Origin: Candidatus Poribacteria bacterium
Lineage (GTDB): Bacteria; Poribacteria; WGA-4E; PCPOR2b
Length of the DNA stretch: 64,000 bases
Assembly: GCA_965218095.1 (NCBI GenBank)
Contig: OZ244587.1
Location: forward strand, 1,824,001 to 1,888,000
Direction: 5' to 3'
The notes under the pieces were generated by a model, which saw only the letters and a list, made by a program, of their open reading frames with translations, made no database searches and was not told the origin of the DNA. Every line of letters begins with the position of its first letter. Positions within the stretch are counted from its first letter, which is position 1. The position numbers and the translations under genes are program-made. This document shows, piece after piece, positions 1 through 9,135 of this stretch.

Positions 1-698
1 AAGCTACAGTCGAGTTGGGCAAAGACGCCTCGACTGCAACTCAACTCCCCGTCGCCGATTTTGCGCTGGCGAAGCAGTATCATCAAGAACTTGTACGGCT
101 GCAAAATGAACTTCATTTGGGTGGTGAGACTTCAGTTTCCCTTCTGGCGCAACTCCCTGGCGTCTTGACCGTTCAGGAGGCCGCTTTGGACGAAGAAGCG
201 GTTTGGCAGATGTTACAATCTCTCCTGGAAACTGCTTTGGATGGATTGGACATAACCAAACAGGCCGAAGGGGCTGTCATGCTTGAAGAAATCGAAGGAC
301 GAATCCAGTCCATTCAGTCTCTGGCCGGGGAGATAAAATCTGTCAGCGTAGATCTCGTCGAAGCTGCGCGTACGAAACTCGAAGCGCGTTTGAACGAACT
401 TTTTGAGGGCCGTGCTAAAATCGATTCGGACCGTATCACGATGGAGGCCGGCGTAATCGCTTCTCGTTCAGACATCACTGAAGAACTGGTGCGGCTTGAT
501 AGCCACTGTTCCCAGTTTGCGGAATACCTGCAAACAACTGAACCCATCGGCAGACAACTCGATTTTTTGCTGCAAGAGATGAATCGAGAGGTCAATACCA
601 TCTCTGCCAAAGCGTCTCGATCCTCCATCTCCTCTACCAGCGTTGCCCTGAAAACAGAGATTGAAAAAATTCGGGAATTGGTTCAGAATGTGGAATAA
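1..698 (+). CDS. yicC: YicC/YloC family endoribonuclease (5' truncated by window)
   Basis: C-terminal signature GRQLDFLLQEMNREVNTI...EIEKIRELVQNVE; lies directly upstream of gmk, the usual context. Confidence 0.93.
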   Translation, partial: ATVELGKDASTATQLPVADFALAKQYHQELVRLQNELHLGGETSVSLLAQLPGVLTVQEAALDEEAVWQMLQSLLETALDGLDITKQAEGAVMLEEIEGRIQSIQSLAGEIKSVSVDLVEAARTKLEARLNELFEGRAKIDSDRITMEAGVIASRSDITEELVRLDSHCSQFAEYLQTTEPIGRQLDFLLQEMNREVNTISAKASRSSISSTSVALKTEIEKIRELVQNVE

Positions 699-1326
699 TC
701 GACCCTCCCAAAAGGGATTATTCATTGTTATATCGGGTCCTTCTGGGACCGGCAAAACGAGTGTTATCAAAGAACTTTGCAAAGGCGAGCCAACATTAGA
801 GTTTTCGATCTCCGCGACGACACGTCCGCCCCGCTCCGATGAGATTGATGGCATCGACTACTATTTTTTAGCCCAGACTGACTTTGAGGAACTGATTGAT
901 AATGGCGGTTTCTTGGAATGGATAAAGTATGGCGACCACTACTACGGCACATTGAAATCCACAGTGGAATCGACGATCGAAAAAGGTAAGGATCTGATTT
1001 TAGAAATTGATGTGCACGGTGCAATGAAGGTAAAAGACATCGGTATCCGGTGTACCAGTATCTTTCTCTTACCTCCCTCCCTTGAAAGTTTAGAGAAACG
1101 GCTTCGCAACCGCAAGACAGAATCTGATTCGGAACTTCAACAGCGTTTGCTGACGGCGGAATCAGAATTCGCTTATGTTGCAGACTACGAATACTGTGTT
1201 AAAAATCCGGATAACTATGTCGAGAAAGCTGTGACTCAAATTCGCCACATCATCTCCGCAGAACGCTGTCGAATCGACGAGCAGCTTCTCGCCTCAATTT
1301 CTCAAGAATTTTCCTCCCCCCAATAG
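688..1326 (+). CDS. gmk: Guanylate kinase
   Basis: ISGPSGTGKT P-loop, SATTRPPR, YYGT, ILEIDVHG; ATG 688 overlaps the yicC end. Confidence 0.96.
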   Translation: MWNNRPSQKGLFIVISGPSGTGKTSVIKELCKGEPTLEFSISATTRPPRSDEIDGIDYYFLAQTDFEELIDNGGFLEWIKYGDHYYGTLKSTVESTIEKGKDLILEIDVHGAMKVKDIGIRCTSIFLLPPSLESLEKRLRNRKTESDSELQQRLLTAESEFAYVADYEYCVKNPDNYVEKAVTQIRHIISAERCRIDEQLLASISQEFSSPQ

Positions 1327-1383
1327 CAGGACGCACGCCCCACTTCCACAGTACCCCCAGCGTCAACGAGAAGGAAAATCAAC

Positions 1384-2841
1384 ATGAACGGAGATGACAG
1401 GGCAAAAACCCACAATACACCGAAAATCGAAATCTCAGTCCGCAACTTTGGACCGATTGCAGAAGCAGATCTCGATCTGCGCCCGCTAACGGTATTTGTC
1501 GGACCGAGTAACACCGGCAAGACCTACCTCTCGGTGCTGATTTATGCCCTGCATCGTGTCTTTGAGGGATTTTCAGAATTTCTTTCACTGTACAACCTAG
1601 AGTGCCTAGTAGGTAACTGGTACTGCGAGCCCCCGGTAGACACAACACAACATCTGAAGGTAATGGGCAAACTAAACATAGGGCAACCGCTCGTATTCTC
1701 GGATCTGCCCCAGGAGGTTCGTGAGAGAGCACTGGAAGATCTCAATCGGCTAGGCTCGATTTCGGAAATGCTAGAAGATGAACTTAAACGTTGTTTCGAT
1801 CTCGATTCTGTTTCGAGACTAATACGATCTTCCGGCGACCAAAACGATGAAATAACTGTTTCACTGATAGTTAGCGAGAAAAATCAAGATCTCTGGTCAA
1901 CCAAATTAGGGATCTCCAAATCAAGCACCGCCATAAATGGAACGATTAACGAAAATACTGCCATTGTTCCCGAGAATTGGTTGTCCCCGACCCGGCGGAT
2001 TGAGGTTGAAGATTTGGTAAAATTCCTCATTGAACATCGTAGAAACATAGGAAAACCTTACTACCTACCAGCCGCCCGGAGCGGCATCATGCAGAGCCAC
2101 CGGGTAATCGCCAGTTCCCTTGTAGCACGCTCCACCCGCGCAGGCCTCGAACCCTTCCCCGAGGTTCCAACACTTTCGGGGGTAGTAGCGGATTTCATGC
2201 AACAAATTATCCTCTACGGGGAACGTAAAAGACCAGACGATGGTATGAATCGCATCGCCGATACACTAGAGTCCTATGTGCTTGCCGGACAGATAATCAT
2301 GAACCCCTCACCAACAGGGTATCCAGAATTTCTCTATCGCCCGCAGGAAACGGGACAGGATATGCGTCTAACCCGCTCCTCGTCGATGGTGTCTGAGCTC
2401 GCTCCCCTTGTTTTGTTCATCCGCGGCCTCGTCCGCCCCGGCGACACGCTCATCATTGAGGAACCCGAAGCCCATCTGCACCCCGCCGCCCAGACTGAAA
2501 TGGCAGCGACCATTGCTCGCTTAGTCCGCGCTGGCGTGCAAGTGCTTGTTACCACCCATAGCGACTACATGCTCCAAGAAATTGGAAACCTGATGCGCGT
2601 CGGTATGCTCAAGGAAAAAGGTGCTCTGAAGAAAGAGACCAACGATTGGCTGTTACCGGAGGAAGTGGGAGCGTGGCATTTCCAAAAAAATCAGCCGGTG
2701 AAGGAAATTGGATTCGATCACACCGTAGGCATAGAGCCGGATGATTATGAGGATGTAGCTGAATCCCTCTATAACCGTTGGGCAGGCTTGCAGAACCGAA
2801 TTGAGGAGCTGAAAGACGAGAGTGAACGTGAATGTGAATAG
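1384..2841 (+). CDS. ABC-type (AAA_15/AAA_21-like) ATPase, putative defence component
   Basis: Walker A GPSNTGKT, SSSMVSEL signature, Walker B/D-loop IIEEPEAHLHP, H-loop VTTHS. Confidence 0.88.
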   Translation: MNGDDRAKTHNTPKIEISVRNFGPIAEADLDLRPLTVFVGPSNTGKTYLSVLIYALHRVFEGFSEFLSLYNLECLVGNWYCEPPVDTTQHLKVMGKLNIGQPLVFSDLPQEVRERALEDLNRLGSISEMLEDELKRCFDLDSVSRLIRSSGDQNDEITVSLIVSEKNQDLWSTKLGISKSSTAINGTINENTAIVPENWLSPTRRIEVEDLVKFLIEHRRNIGKPYYLPAARSGIMQSHRVIASSLVARSTRAGLEPFPEVPTLSGVVADFMQQIILYGERKRPDDGMNRIADTLESYVLAGQIIMNPSPTGYPEFLYRPQETGQDMRLTRSSSMVSELAPLVLFIRGLVRPGDTLIIEEPEAHLHPAAQTEMAATIARLVRAGVQVLVTTHSDYMLQEIGNLMRVGMLKEKGALKKETNDWLLPEEVGAWHFQKNQPVKEIGFDHTVGIEPDDYEDVAESLYNRWAGLQNRIEELKDESERECE

Positions 2842-3325
2842 GGTTCTCGACCATATCCGGGGGCGAGTAGATGGGGGGAGCCTTACCGATTCGTGTAGCG
2901 GCGAGGGATGTCGCGTGGACATGACCGGCATGCCATCGGAGCGGGTTGTGATAGATGTCGAACGTGAATTCGACTCGCGTAACATCACGAAGAAACGATG
3001 TGACCGTCTCCTCTTCTTTATCGAAATCGCCGAAAGCAACCTCGTTGCGGCGCCCATTGAACTCAAGAGCGGCAAAGCGGAACAATCGGAAGTTACTGAA
3101 AAGTTGCAAAACAGCTTGCACTTTGCCGCCGACATTGTTCCGAGGATTTTGACAACCGTTTATAGACCAATTCTGTTTGAAGGACGGGGCATTAAGTGGA
3201 TCAACCCCAGAGGGACAAAACAACTCAATGTAAACTTTCGCAGTAGTAATCTGCGGATTCGGAGAGGGCGCTGCGGAAAAAGCGAGAATCTAGTGAGAGC
3301 CCTATCTGAGCCAAACAACCTCTAA
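2822..3325 (+). CDS. Small PD-(D/E)xK-like nuclease-fold protein coupled to the ATPase
   Basis: CDRLLF...PIELKSG (D...ExK) motif; 20-bp overlap with the ATPase stop. Confidence 0.65.
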   Translation: MNVNVNRVLDHIRGRVDGGSLTDSCSGEGCRVDMTGMPSERVVIDVEREFDSRNITKKRCDRLLFFIEIAESNLVAAPIELKSGKAEQSEVTEKLQNSLHFAADIVPRILTTVYRPILFEGRGIKWINPRGTKQLNVNFRSSNLRIRRGRCGKSENLVRALSEPNNL

Positions 3326-3353
3326 TCAACCCCCACTCGCCATAACAAACACG

Positions 3354-6300
3354 ATGCCAACCCTCACCCTCAAACCCACACACAAACCTATTAGAGACTA
3401 CTACACCGCACTCGACCGATACGCGCAACTCAGTGTCACGCATGAGACCGCCGTCAGCTCGGCGTTCCAATTCCTGCTTGAATCGTGTGGACGACAATTT
3501 GATTGGACGCTCGTCCCTGAACATTCAATGACCAGCAATCTAAATAGGCGGATTGTCATTGATGGGGCATTGATTGACAACTTCAAGCTAATTCACGGCT
3601 ATTGGGAGGCGAAGGATATCCACGACGACCTGTCCACCGAAGTAGCACGCAAATTTGAGAAAGGCTATCCCCGCGACAACATCCTCTTCCAAACCCCACA
3701 TCGTGCCATCCTTTGGCAGAACAGTCGGCAGGTACGCGATGCAGACCTGACCGACCCGACGCAACTGATAAAGATTCTTGACACTTTTTTTGCCTACCGT
3801 CCACCAGAATACACCGAATGGGAGGAGGCCGTCGCGCATTTCAAAGACAGAGTGCCCGACATCGGGAGCGAGTTGGCGGATTTAATCCAAAAGGAACGGG
3901 ATGCCAACCCTCGCTTTACCGGGGCGTTCAGGACTTTTTACGAGAAATGCCGGCAATCAATTAACCCGAACCTCTCCGAAGCCGCCGTTGAGGAGATGCT
4001 AATCCAGCACCTCTTAACCGAGCGTATCTTCCGCACCGTTTTCGATAACCCCGACTTCACCCGCCGCAACGTCATCGCCAATGAGATTGAGAAGGTGATA
4101 GACGCGCTCACATCACAGTCGTTCAGCCGCGATGATTTTCTCCATAGCCTTGACCCTTTCTATGCGGCAATCGAACGCACCGCCGAAACCATCAGCGATT
4201 TCTCCCAAAAACAGGGGTTTCTCAACACCGTCTACGAGCAGTTTTTTCAAGGCTTTTCAGTAGAGGTCGCCGATACACACGGAGTAGTCTACACGCCGCA
4301 GCCGATTGTCGATTTTATAGTGAGAAGCGTGGCGCACATCCTACAGACCGAATTTGGGGGTGGGCACCGGGGGCGGGCAGCCACAAGGGTTGCCCCTACA
4401 ATTTCGGATAGGGATGTGCACATCATTGACCCGTTTGTGGGGACGGGCAATTTCATCGTGCGGACGATGCGCGAAATTCGCAAGACCGCGCTGGCGAAAA
4501 AGTACACGACAGAATTGCACTGCAACGAGGTGATGCTGCTGCCCTACTACATCGCTTCAATGAACATTGAGCATGAATTTTACGAGGCGACGGGTAGGTA
4601 TCAACCCTTTGATGGCATCTGCCTTGTGGATACATTTGAACTGGCAGAAGACTCCCACTATTATGAAGCCTCGTTGTTTACAGAGGAGAACACGCGCCGC
4701 GTTGAAGAACAGAAAAATACCCCGATGTTTGTCGTTATCGGTAATCCGCCCTACAACGCTGGTCAGATCAATGACAGAGACAACAACAGGAATCGAAAAT
4801 ATCCAACGATGGATGCACGGGTTGCGGATACCTATGCAAAAGACTCTACAGCAACGCTCAAGAACGCACTCTACGACCCGTACGTGAAGGCGATCCGGTG
4901 GGCATCGGACCGAATAGAGGAGGAGGGGGTTGTCGCATTCGTAACGAACAATAGCTTTCTCGGTGGTGTAGCGTTTGATGGGATGCGGAAACATCTCGCA
5001 GACGATTTCGACGCGATTTACATTCTGGACTTGGGCGGAAATGCCCGGAAGGGATTGAAGGTCTCGGATGCCAATGTGTTCGGGATTCGGGTCGGCGTGA
5101 GCATCAACCTGTTTGTAAAAACTGGACAGGCGATGAATCATCCCATTACAAACGGAGGAGGCTCTGTCCCTGCCCGCATCTTTTATTATCGCACCGATGA
5201 CCTGTGGAACAAAAAACAGAAATCCGATTTTCTGAATGAGTGCCAACACATCGGCAATATAGACTGGCAGACCATTCAACCCGATGCACGCCACACATGG
5301 CTCACTGAAGGAATCCACGCCGAATTTGAGAACTTTATTCCGATGGGGACTAAGGAGACGAAGGAGGCGAAGGGTGAGGTAGTGGATGCGATTTTCAAAC
5401 ACTATAGTCGCGGTGTCACAACCTCCCGCGATGTGTGGGCATACAACTTCAACCGAAACACACTAACAGAAAACATGAAGGGGATGATTGAAGCTTATAA
5501 TGCAGAAGTTGATAGGTGGAAACGTCATGGGAATCGGGACGCAAATATCAATGATTTTGTAGTTTATGATGACACGAAAATCAAGTGGGATCGGGAATTA
5601 AGACAGCACTTAACACGAGGCAGAATCGCCGAATACACTGAACACAAAGTGAGGAATTCGCTTTATCGTCCCTTCACAAAATCGAACTTGTTCTTTGATC
5701 GTGTTATGAACAATTGCGTGTATGTGTTACCATCTATCTACCCCACACCCGAAACAGAAATGGAAAATCGTATGATTTGTGTTGCTGGCATTGGTAATAG
5801 AAAAGGCTTTGGTTGTCTTATAACAAATATGATTCCTAACTTAGATTTAGCCTTTGAAAAAACCCAATGTTTTCCCTTCTACACCTACGATGAGGACGGG
5901 AGAAACCGCCGAGAGAACATCACCGATTGGGCGTTGGCACAATTCCGGGCGCATTACCGAGACGATACCATTAGCAAGTGGGACATTTTTCATTACGTCT
6001 ACGGTCTGCTCCACCATCCGGGATATCGGGAGTGGTATGAAGCCAACCTCAGGCGGGACCTGCCGCACATGCCGTATGCGCCGGATTTCTGGGGGTTTGC
6101 CAAAGCGGGGCAACGGTTGGGCAAAATCCACATCGGCTACGAGGAGATACCCGAGTATCAACTCGCATTCATCGAAAACCGTGAAGTGCCAATTGATTGG
6201 TGCGTGGAGAAGATGAAGCTATCCAAAGACAAAACGCAGCTTGTGTACAACGATTTCCTGACCCTCGACAGGATACCCGCGAAGGCATTGGAATATCGGC

Positions 6301-6512
6301 TTGGGAATCGATCAGCGTTGGAATGGGTGATTGACCAGTATTGCGTCAAGATGGATGACCGGAGTGGCATCGCCAACGACCCGAACCGCGAAGACGACCC
6401 GCAGTACATCGTCAAACTTATAGGGAAGGTGATTGCGGTTAGTTTGGAGACGGTGGAGATTGTGGAGGAGTTGCCGGGGTTGGGGCTCTCCACCAACGAT
6501 CACAGTGCATAA
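3354..6512 (+). CDS. Single-chain restriction-modification enzyme (Type IIG / helicase-less Type ISP-like N6-adenine methyltransferase with nuclease and specificity domain)
   Basis: N-terminal IDGAL...YWEAKD nuclease motif; YTPQPIVDFIV; DPFVGTGNF (motif I); GNPPY (motif IV); ISP-like C-terminus YRPF...YRLGNRSALEWVIDQY. Confidence 0.88.
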   Translation: MPTLTLKPTHKPIRDYYTALDRYAQLSVTHETAVSSAFQFLLESCGRQFDWTLVPEHSMTSNLNRRIVIDGALIDNFKLIHGYWEAKDIHDDLSTEVARKFEKGYPRDNILFQTPHRAILWQNSRQVRDADLTDPTQLIKILDTFFAYRPPEYTEWEEAVAHFKDRVPDIGSELADLIQKERDANPRFTGAFRTFYEKCRQSINPNLSEAAVEEMLIQHLLTERIFRTVFDNPDFTRRNVIANEIEKVIDALTSQSFSRDDFLHSLDPFYAAIERTAETISDFSQKQGFLNTVYEQFFQGFSVEVADTHGVVYTPQPIVDFIVRSVAHILQTEFGGGHRGRAATRVAPTISDRDVHIIDPFVGTGNFIVRTMREIRKTALAKKYTTELHCNEVMLLPYYIASMNIEHEFYEATGRYQPFDGICLVDTFELAEDSHYYEASLFTEENTRRVEEQKNTPMFVVIGNPPYNAGQINDRDNNRNRKYPTMDARVADTYAKDSTATLKNALYDPYVKAIRWASDRIEEEGVVAFVTNNSFLGGVAFDGMRKHLADDFDAIYILDLGGNARKGLKVSDANVFGIRVGVSINLFVKTGQAMNHPITNGGGSVPARIFYYRTDDLWNKKQKSDFLNECQHIGNIDWQTIQPDARHTWLTEGIHAEFENFIPMGTKETKEAKGEVVDAIFKHYSRGVTTSRDVWAYNFNRNTLTENMKGMIEAYNAEVDRWKRHGNRDANINDFVVYDDTKIKWDRELRQHLTRGRIAEYTEHKVRNSLYRPFTKSNLFFDRVMNNCVYVLPSIYPTPETEMENRMICVAGIGNRKGFGCLITNMIPNLDLAFEKTQCFPFYTYDEDGRNRRENITDWALAQFRAHYRDDTISKWDIFHYVYGLLHHPGYREWYEANLRRDLPHMPYAPDFWGFAKAGQRLGKIHIGYEEIPEYQLAFIENREVPIDWCVEKMKLSKDKTQLVYNDFLTLDRIPAKALEYRLGNRSALEWVIDQYCVKMDDRSGIANDPNREDDPQYIVKLIGKVIAVSLETVEIVEELPGLGLSTNDHSA
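4375..4400 (-). repeat. GTAG-type REP-like hairpin inside the RM gene
   Basis: Minus strand reads TGTAG-GGGCAACC-CTTGT-GGCTGCCC; on the plus strand it lies within the peptide RAATRVAPT. Confidence 0.7.
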
Positions 6513-6843
6513 CAGCGTCGTTGTTTTTGAATTGCCCTTGGATTGCTTATTTGTTATAGTACGGGGTCGCCATGGATACCCCCTACAACTTTGTCGATGA
6601 TAATTACCCGACGCCGGGTATACTGTCGATTTTGGAAAATAGACCGATAGGTATGCGGTCGTCGAATAATCAAATGACCGATTACAATTTCAATTGAAGT
6701 TGATTTTATTGTCCGGTTTTTGTATACTTTTCACTGTCTGCCATCCGCACCAAGCGCAGGGTGCCACTGACCGACGCAGATCGAGTTCACGGTCATCTCC
6801 ATGGGTGCGGGTATTACCATCTCATACTAGGAGGAACAACAAC

Positions 6844-7230
6844 ATGACTGGAAAAACGACCAAAGCGTTTGCTTCGCACGTAAAGGATGCCCATTGGACC
6901 AAGGGGTTGCGCCCCTACTTCGCCTACCGCGATCTGGGGATTAACGCCGCCACCAACGGCAAGGTGCTGGCGCACGTCATTCGCGCCGATCAATCCTGTG
7001 AGGGCCCCATGGGCTACCACTCCCACGCCCTCGACTTTCAGATGAATTACTTGCTCAAGGGCTGGGCACGACTCGACTTTGAGGACATCGGCGAGGTCCG
7101 CGTTGAGGCCGGCGATGCCTGGTACCAGCCGCCCGGAATCAAGCATGAGGTGCTGGAGTATTCCGATGACTTCGAGGTCATTGAGATCGCCATGCCGGCC
7201 GAGTTTCCCACACAAGACGAGTCGCGTTAG
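6844..7230 (+). CDS. Cupin domain protein
   Basis: AGGAGG RBS before ATG 6844; YHSH...GDAWYQPPGIKHE cupin motifs. Confidence 0.85.
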   Translation: MTGKTTKAFASHVKDAHWTKGLRPYFAYRDLGINAATNGKVLAHVIRADQSCEGPMGYHSHALDFQMNYLLKGWARLDFEDIGEVRVEAGDAWYQPPGIKHEVLEYSDDFEVIEIAMPAEFPTQDESR

Positions 7231-7390
7231 GCGTTATTGACGCATTCGAGAAGCTCATTAAAAGTAAAGCATTATAACCCCAACCGCCGCTGGTGCTGAA
7301 GGTGACTAATGCTTGGTTACCAGGGAGAATTGGTATTAGGCTACACGCGGCGTGGTCAAAAATTCATCAACACGTCCTGGAGGGGTTGAC

Positions 7391-8338
7391 ATGAAAGTCG
7401 GTTTCATCGGTCTGGGTAATATGGGCAATCCGATGGCAGCAAATCTCTTCAAGGCCGGATACAACTTAACAGTCTACGACATCCGTTGCGAGATGGGTCA
7501 GAACCTCGAAACTGCTGGTGCGACATGGGCTGTAAGCCCGATGGGCGTAGCGGCTACGTCTGACGTGGTACTTACATCTCTGCCGGGCCTCCGAGAAGTC
7601 GAAGCAGTCGTTCTGGGTGAAGATGGTGTTTTTGCCGGACTGAACAGCAGATGCGCTTATATCGATCTGAGCACCAATTCACCTACAACCATGTGCAAAA
7701 TCGCCGAGATTGGAGCGTCGAGGGAATTTCACGTCCTCGACGCGCCGATTAGCGGCGGTGTGTTTGGCGCAAGGGATGGGACGCTCACTATATTTGTGGG
7801 CGGAGAACAGGAAGATTTCGAGCGGTTTCAACCCCTGTTGCGGAGCATTGGCGAAAATATCGCTTACATGGGGCCGGCGGGCAGTAGACACGTGACCAAG
7901 TTGGTAAACAACCTGATAATGTTCATCAATTTTGCAGGCATTTGCGAGGGGATGGCGATTGGTGCCAAGGTGGGCATCCATCCACAAGCACTGCTTAATG
8001 TGATTAAAACAAGCACGGGTGATAGCATGTACTTGCGCAGAACCGTGGGGTTACTCATGGAAGGCGAAGATGTGCATTCTGCAGCGGATCTTGCTGTTAA
8101 GGACGTGCACTTGGGGGTTGAACTTGGCGCGGAACTCGGTGTACCGTTAGAACTCGGCCCGTTTGTTGAAGATATTTTCACACGGTTTTGTGCTGAGGGG
8201 CATGGGCAGGAGGACCAGTTGGAAATCATGCGAGATTTCATGCGGCGGTCAGGAGTGGATATACCGAAAAGGAAGCCATCGGGGTTTTACTGTAAGAACT
8301 ATCATTATCTATGTGAAAAATTTGGTTCTCGGGTATAG
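7391..8338 (+). CDS. NAD(P)-dependent oxidoreductase, 3-hydroxyisobutyrate/2-hydroxy-3-oxopropionate dehydrogenase family
   Basis: GFIGLGNMG, DAPISGG, KLVNN motifs. Confidence 0.9.
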   Translation: MKVGFIGLGNMGNPMAANLFKAGYNLTVYDIRCEMGQNLETAGATWAVSPMGVAATSDVVLTSLPGLREVEAVVLGEDGVFAGLNSRCAYIDLSTNSPTTMCKIAEIGASREFHVLDAPISGGVFGARDGTLTIFVGGEQEDFERFQPLLRSIGENIAYMGPAGSRHVTKLVNNLIMFINFAGICEGMAIGAKVGIHPQALLNVIKTSTGDSMYLRRTVGLLMEGEDVHSAADLAVKDVHLGVELGAELGVPLELGPFVEDIFTRFCAEGHGQEDQLEIMRDFMRRSGVDIPKRKPSGFYCKNYHYLCEKFGSRV

Positions 8339-8824
8339 GTTGAAACTGGAGTGATTAAGTTTATCTTTTGAATCCTCCCGATTTGCCGAACCTGTGTGCG
8401 AGAATTGTTGTATATTATGAGGGGTTGAAGGAAAGCGTCGATCAATCGGGCGATCTTCCGACTCAGGAATATACGTTCCTCAAACAGATTATTGTGGAAA
8501 GTCAACCCAAGCGTTGGGAAGAGGTGAAACAACTTTATCAAGAAAAATTGAAAGCGTTTCCTTATGTGCAGAAAGGTAGTTAATCATTCGGTGTTCATTG
8601 CAGGCCACATCAATACACTTCTGGAAGTGCCTTGAACTCCCTTAATATGACACCCTCCTGTAGCTAGGGTTGTTCCCCGACGCCGCACCCACACTGGGTT
8701 TGGTTGTCAGCCATTTTTCGGCACGCTGCCACCGCAACTGAACTATTGCCTGTTTCGTTAACGATGCAGGCGAATCGGTCAAAGCCGCAGATCATAGCAA
8801 GCAACGAGATAGGAGATTCTCGAC

Positions 8825-9064
8825 ATGAAATTAACCACAGTTTACAAAAAAGTCTGAGAAGGATACATCGGATTTGTTGAAGAATTATCCGGCGCCAACA
8901 CGCAAGGAAAAACGCTTGAAGAAGCCAGAGCCAATCTCCAAGAGGCAATTGAGATGACACTTGAAGCAAATCGCATCCGTGCCGAAGAATCCATTGCGGG
9001 AATACAAGATGTGATTCGTGAGCCTGTTTTGTACAGATATGAAAAGACGCGATGTCGTCCGTAA
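8825..9064 (+). pseudogene. hicB: HicB family antitoxin with in-frame TGA at codon 11
   Basis: MKLTTVYKKV*EGYIGFVEELSGANTQGKTLEEARANLQEAIEM; stop at 8855-8857; not in the ORF track. Confidence 0.8.
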
Positions 9065-9104
9065 GAGTTCAGAAAAACTAACTTCTCCTGAAAACAACCC
9101 GTAA
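9039..9104 (+). pseudogene. hicA: Truncated HicA toxin N-terminus
   Basis: MKRRDVVRK overlaps the hicB end, then diverges and stops after 21 codons. Confidence 0.55.
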
Positions 9105-9135
9105 AACCCAATCCCTTAGACGAGGAAGTTCTCAA

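Noticed and set aside
4557-5402. Long antisense ORFs (this 281-aa one, also 9142-9984, 36147-36911 and 47538-48350)
   Set aside because: They are shadows of well-supported genes or IS1 on the opposite strand and have no motifs.
8368-8583. 71-aa ORF
   Set aside because: Possibly a gene tail, but it has no RBS and no recognisable family.
8585-8660. Possible mscL N-terminal relic on the minus strand (ILREFKAL after AGGAGG)
   Set aside because: Too short and degenerate to support.
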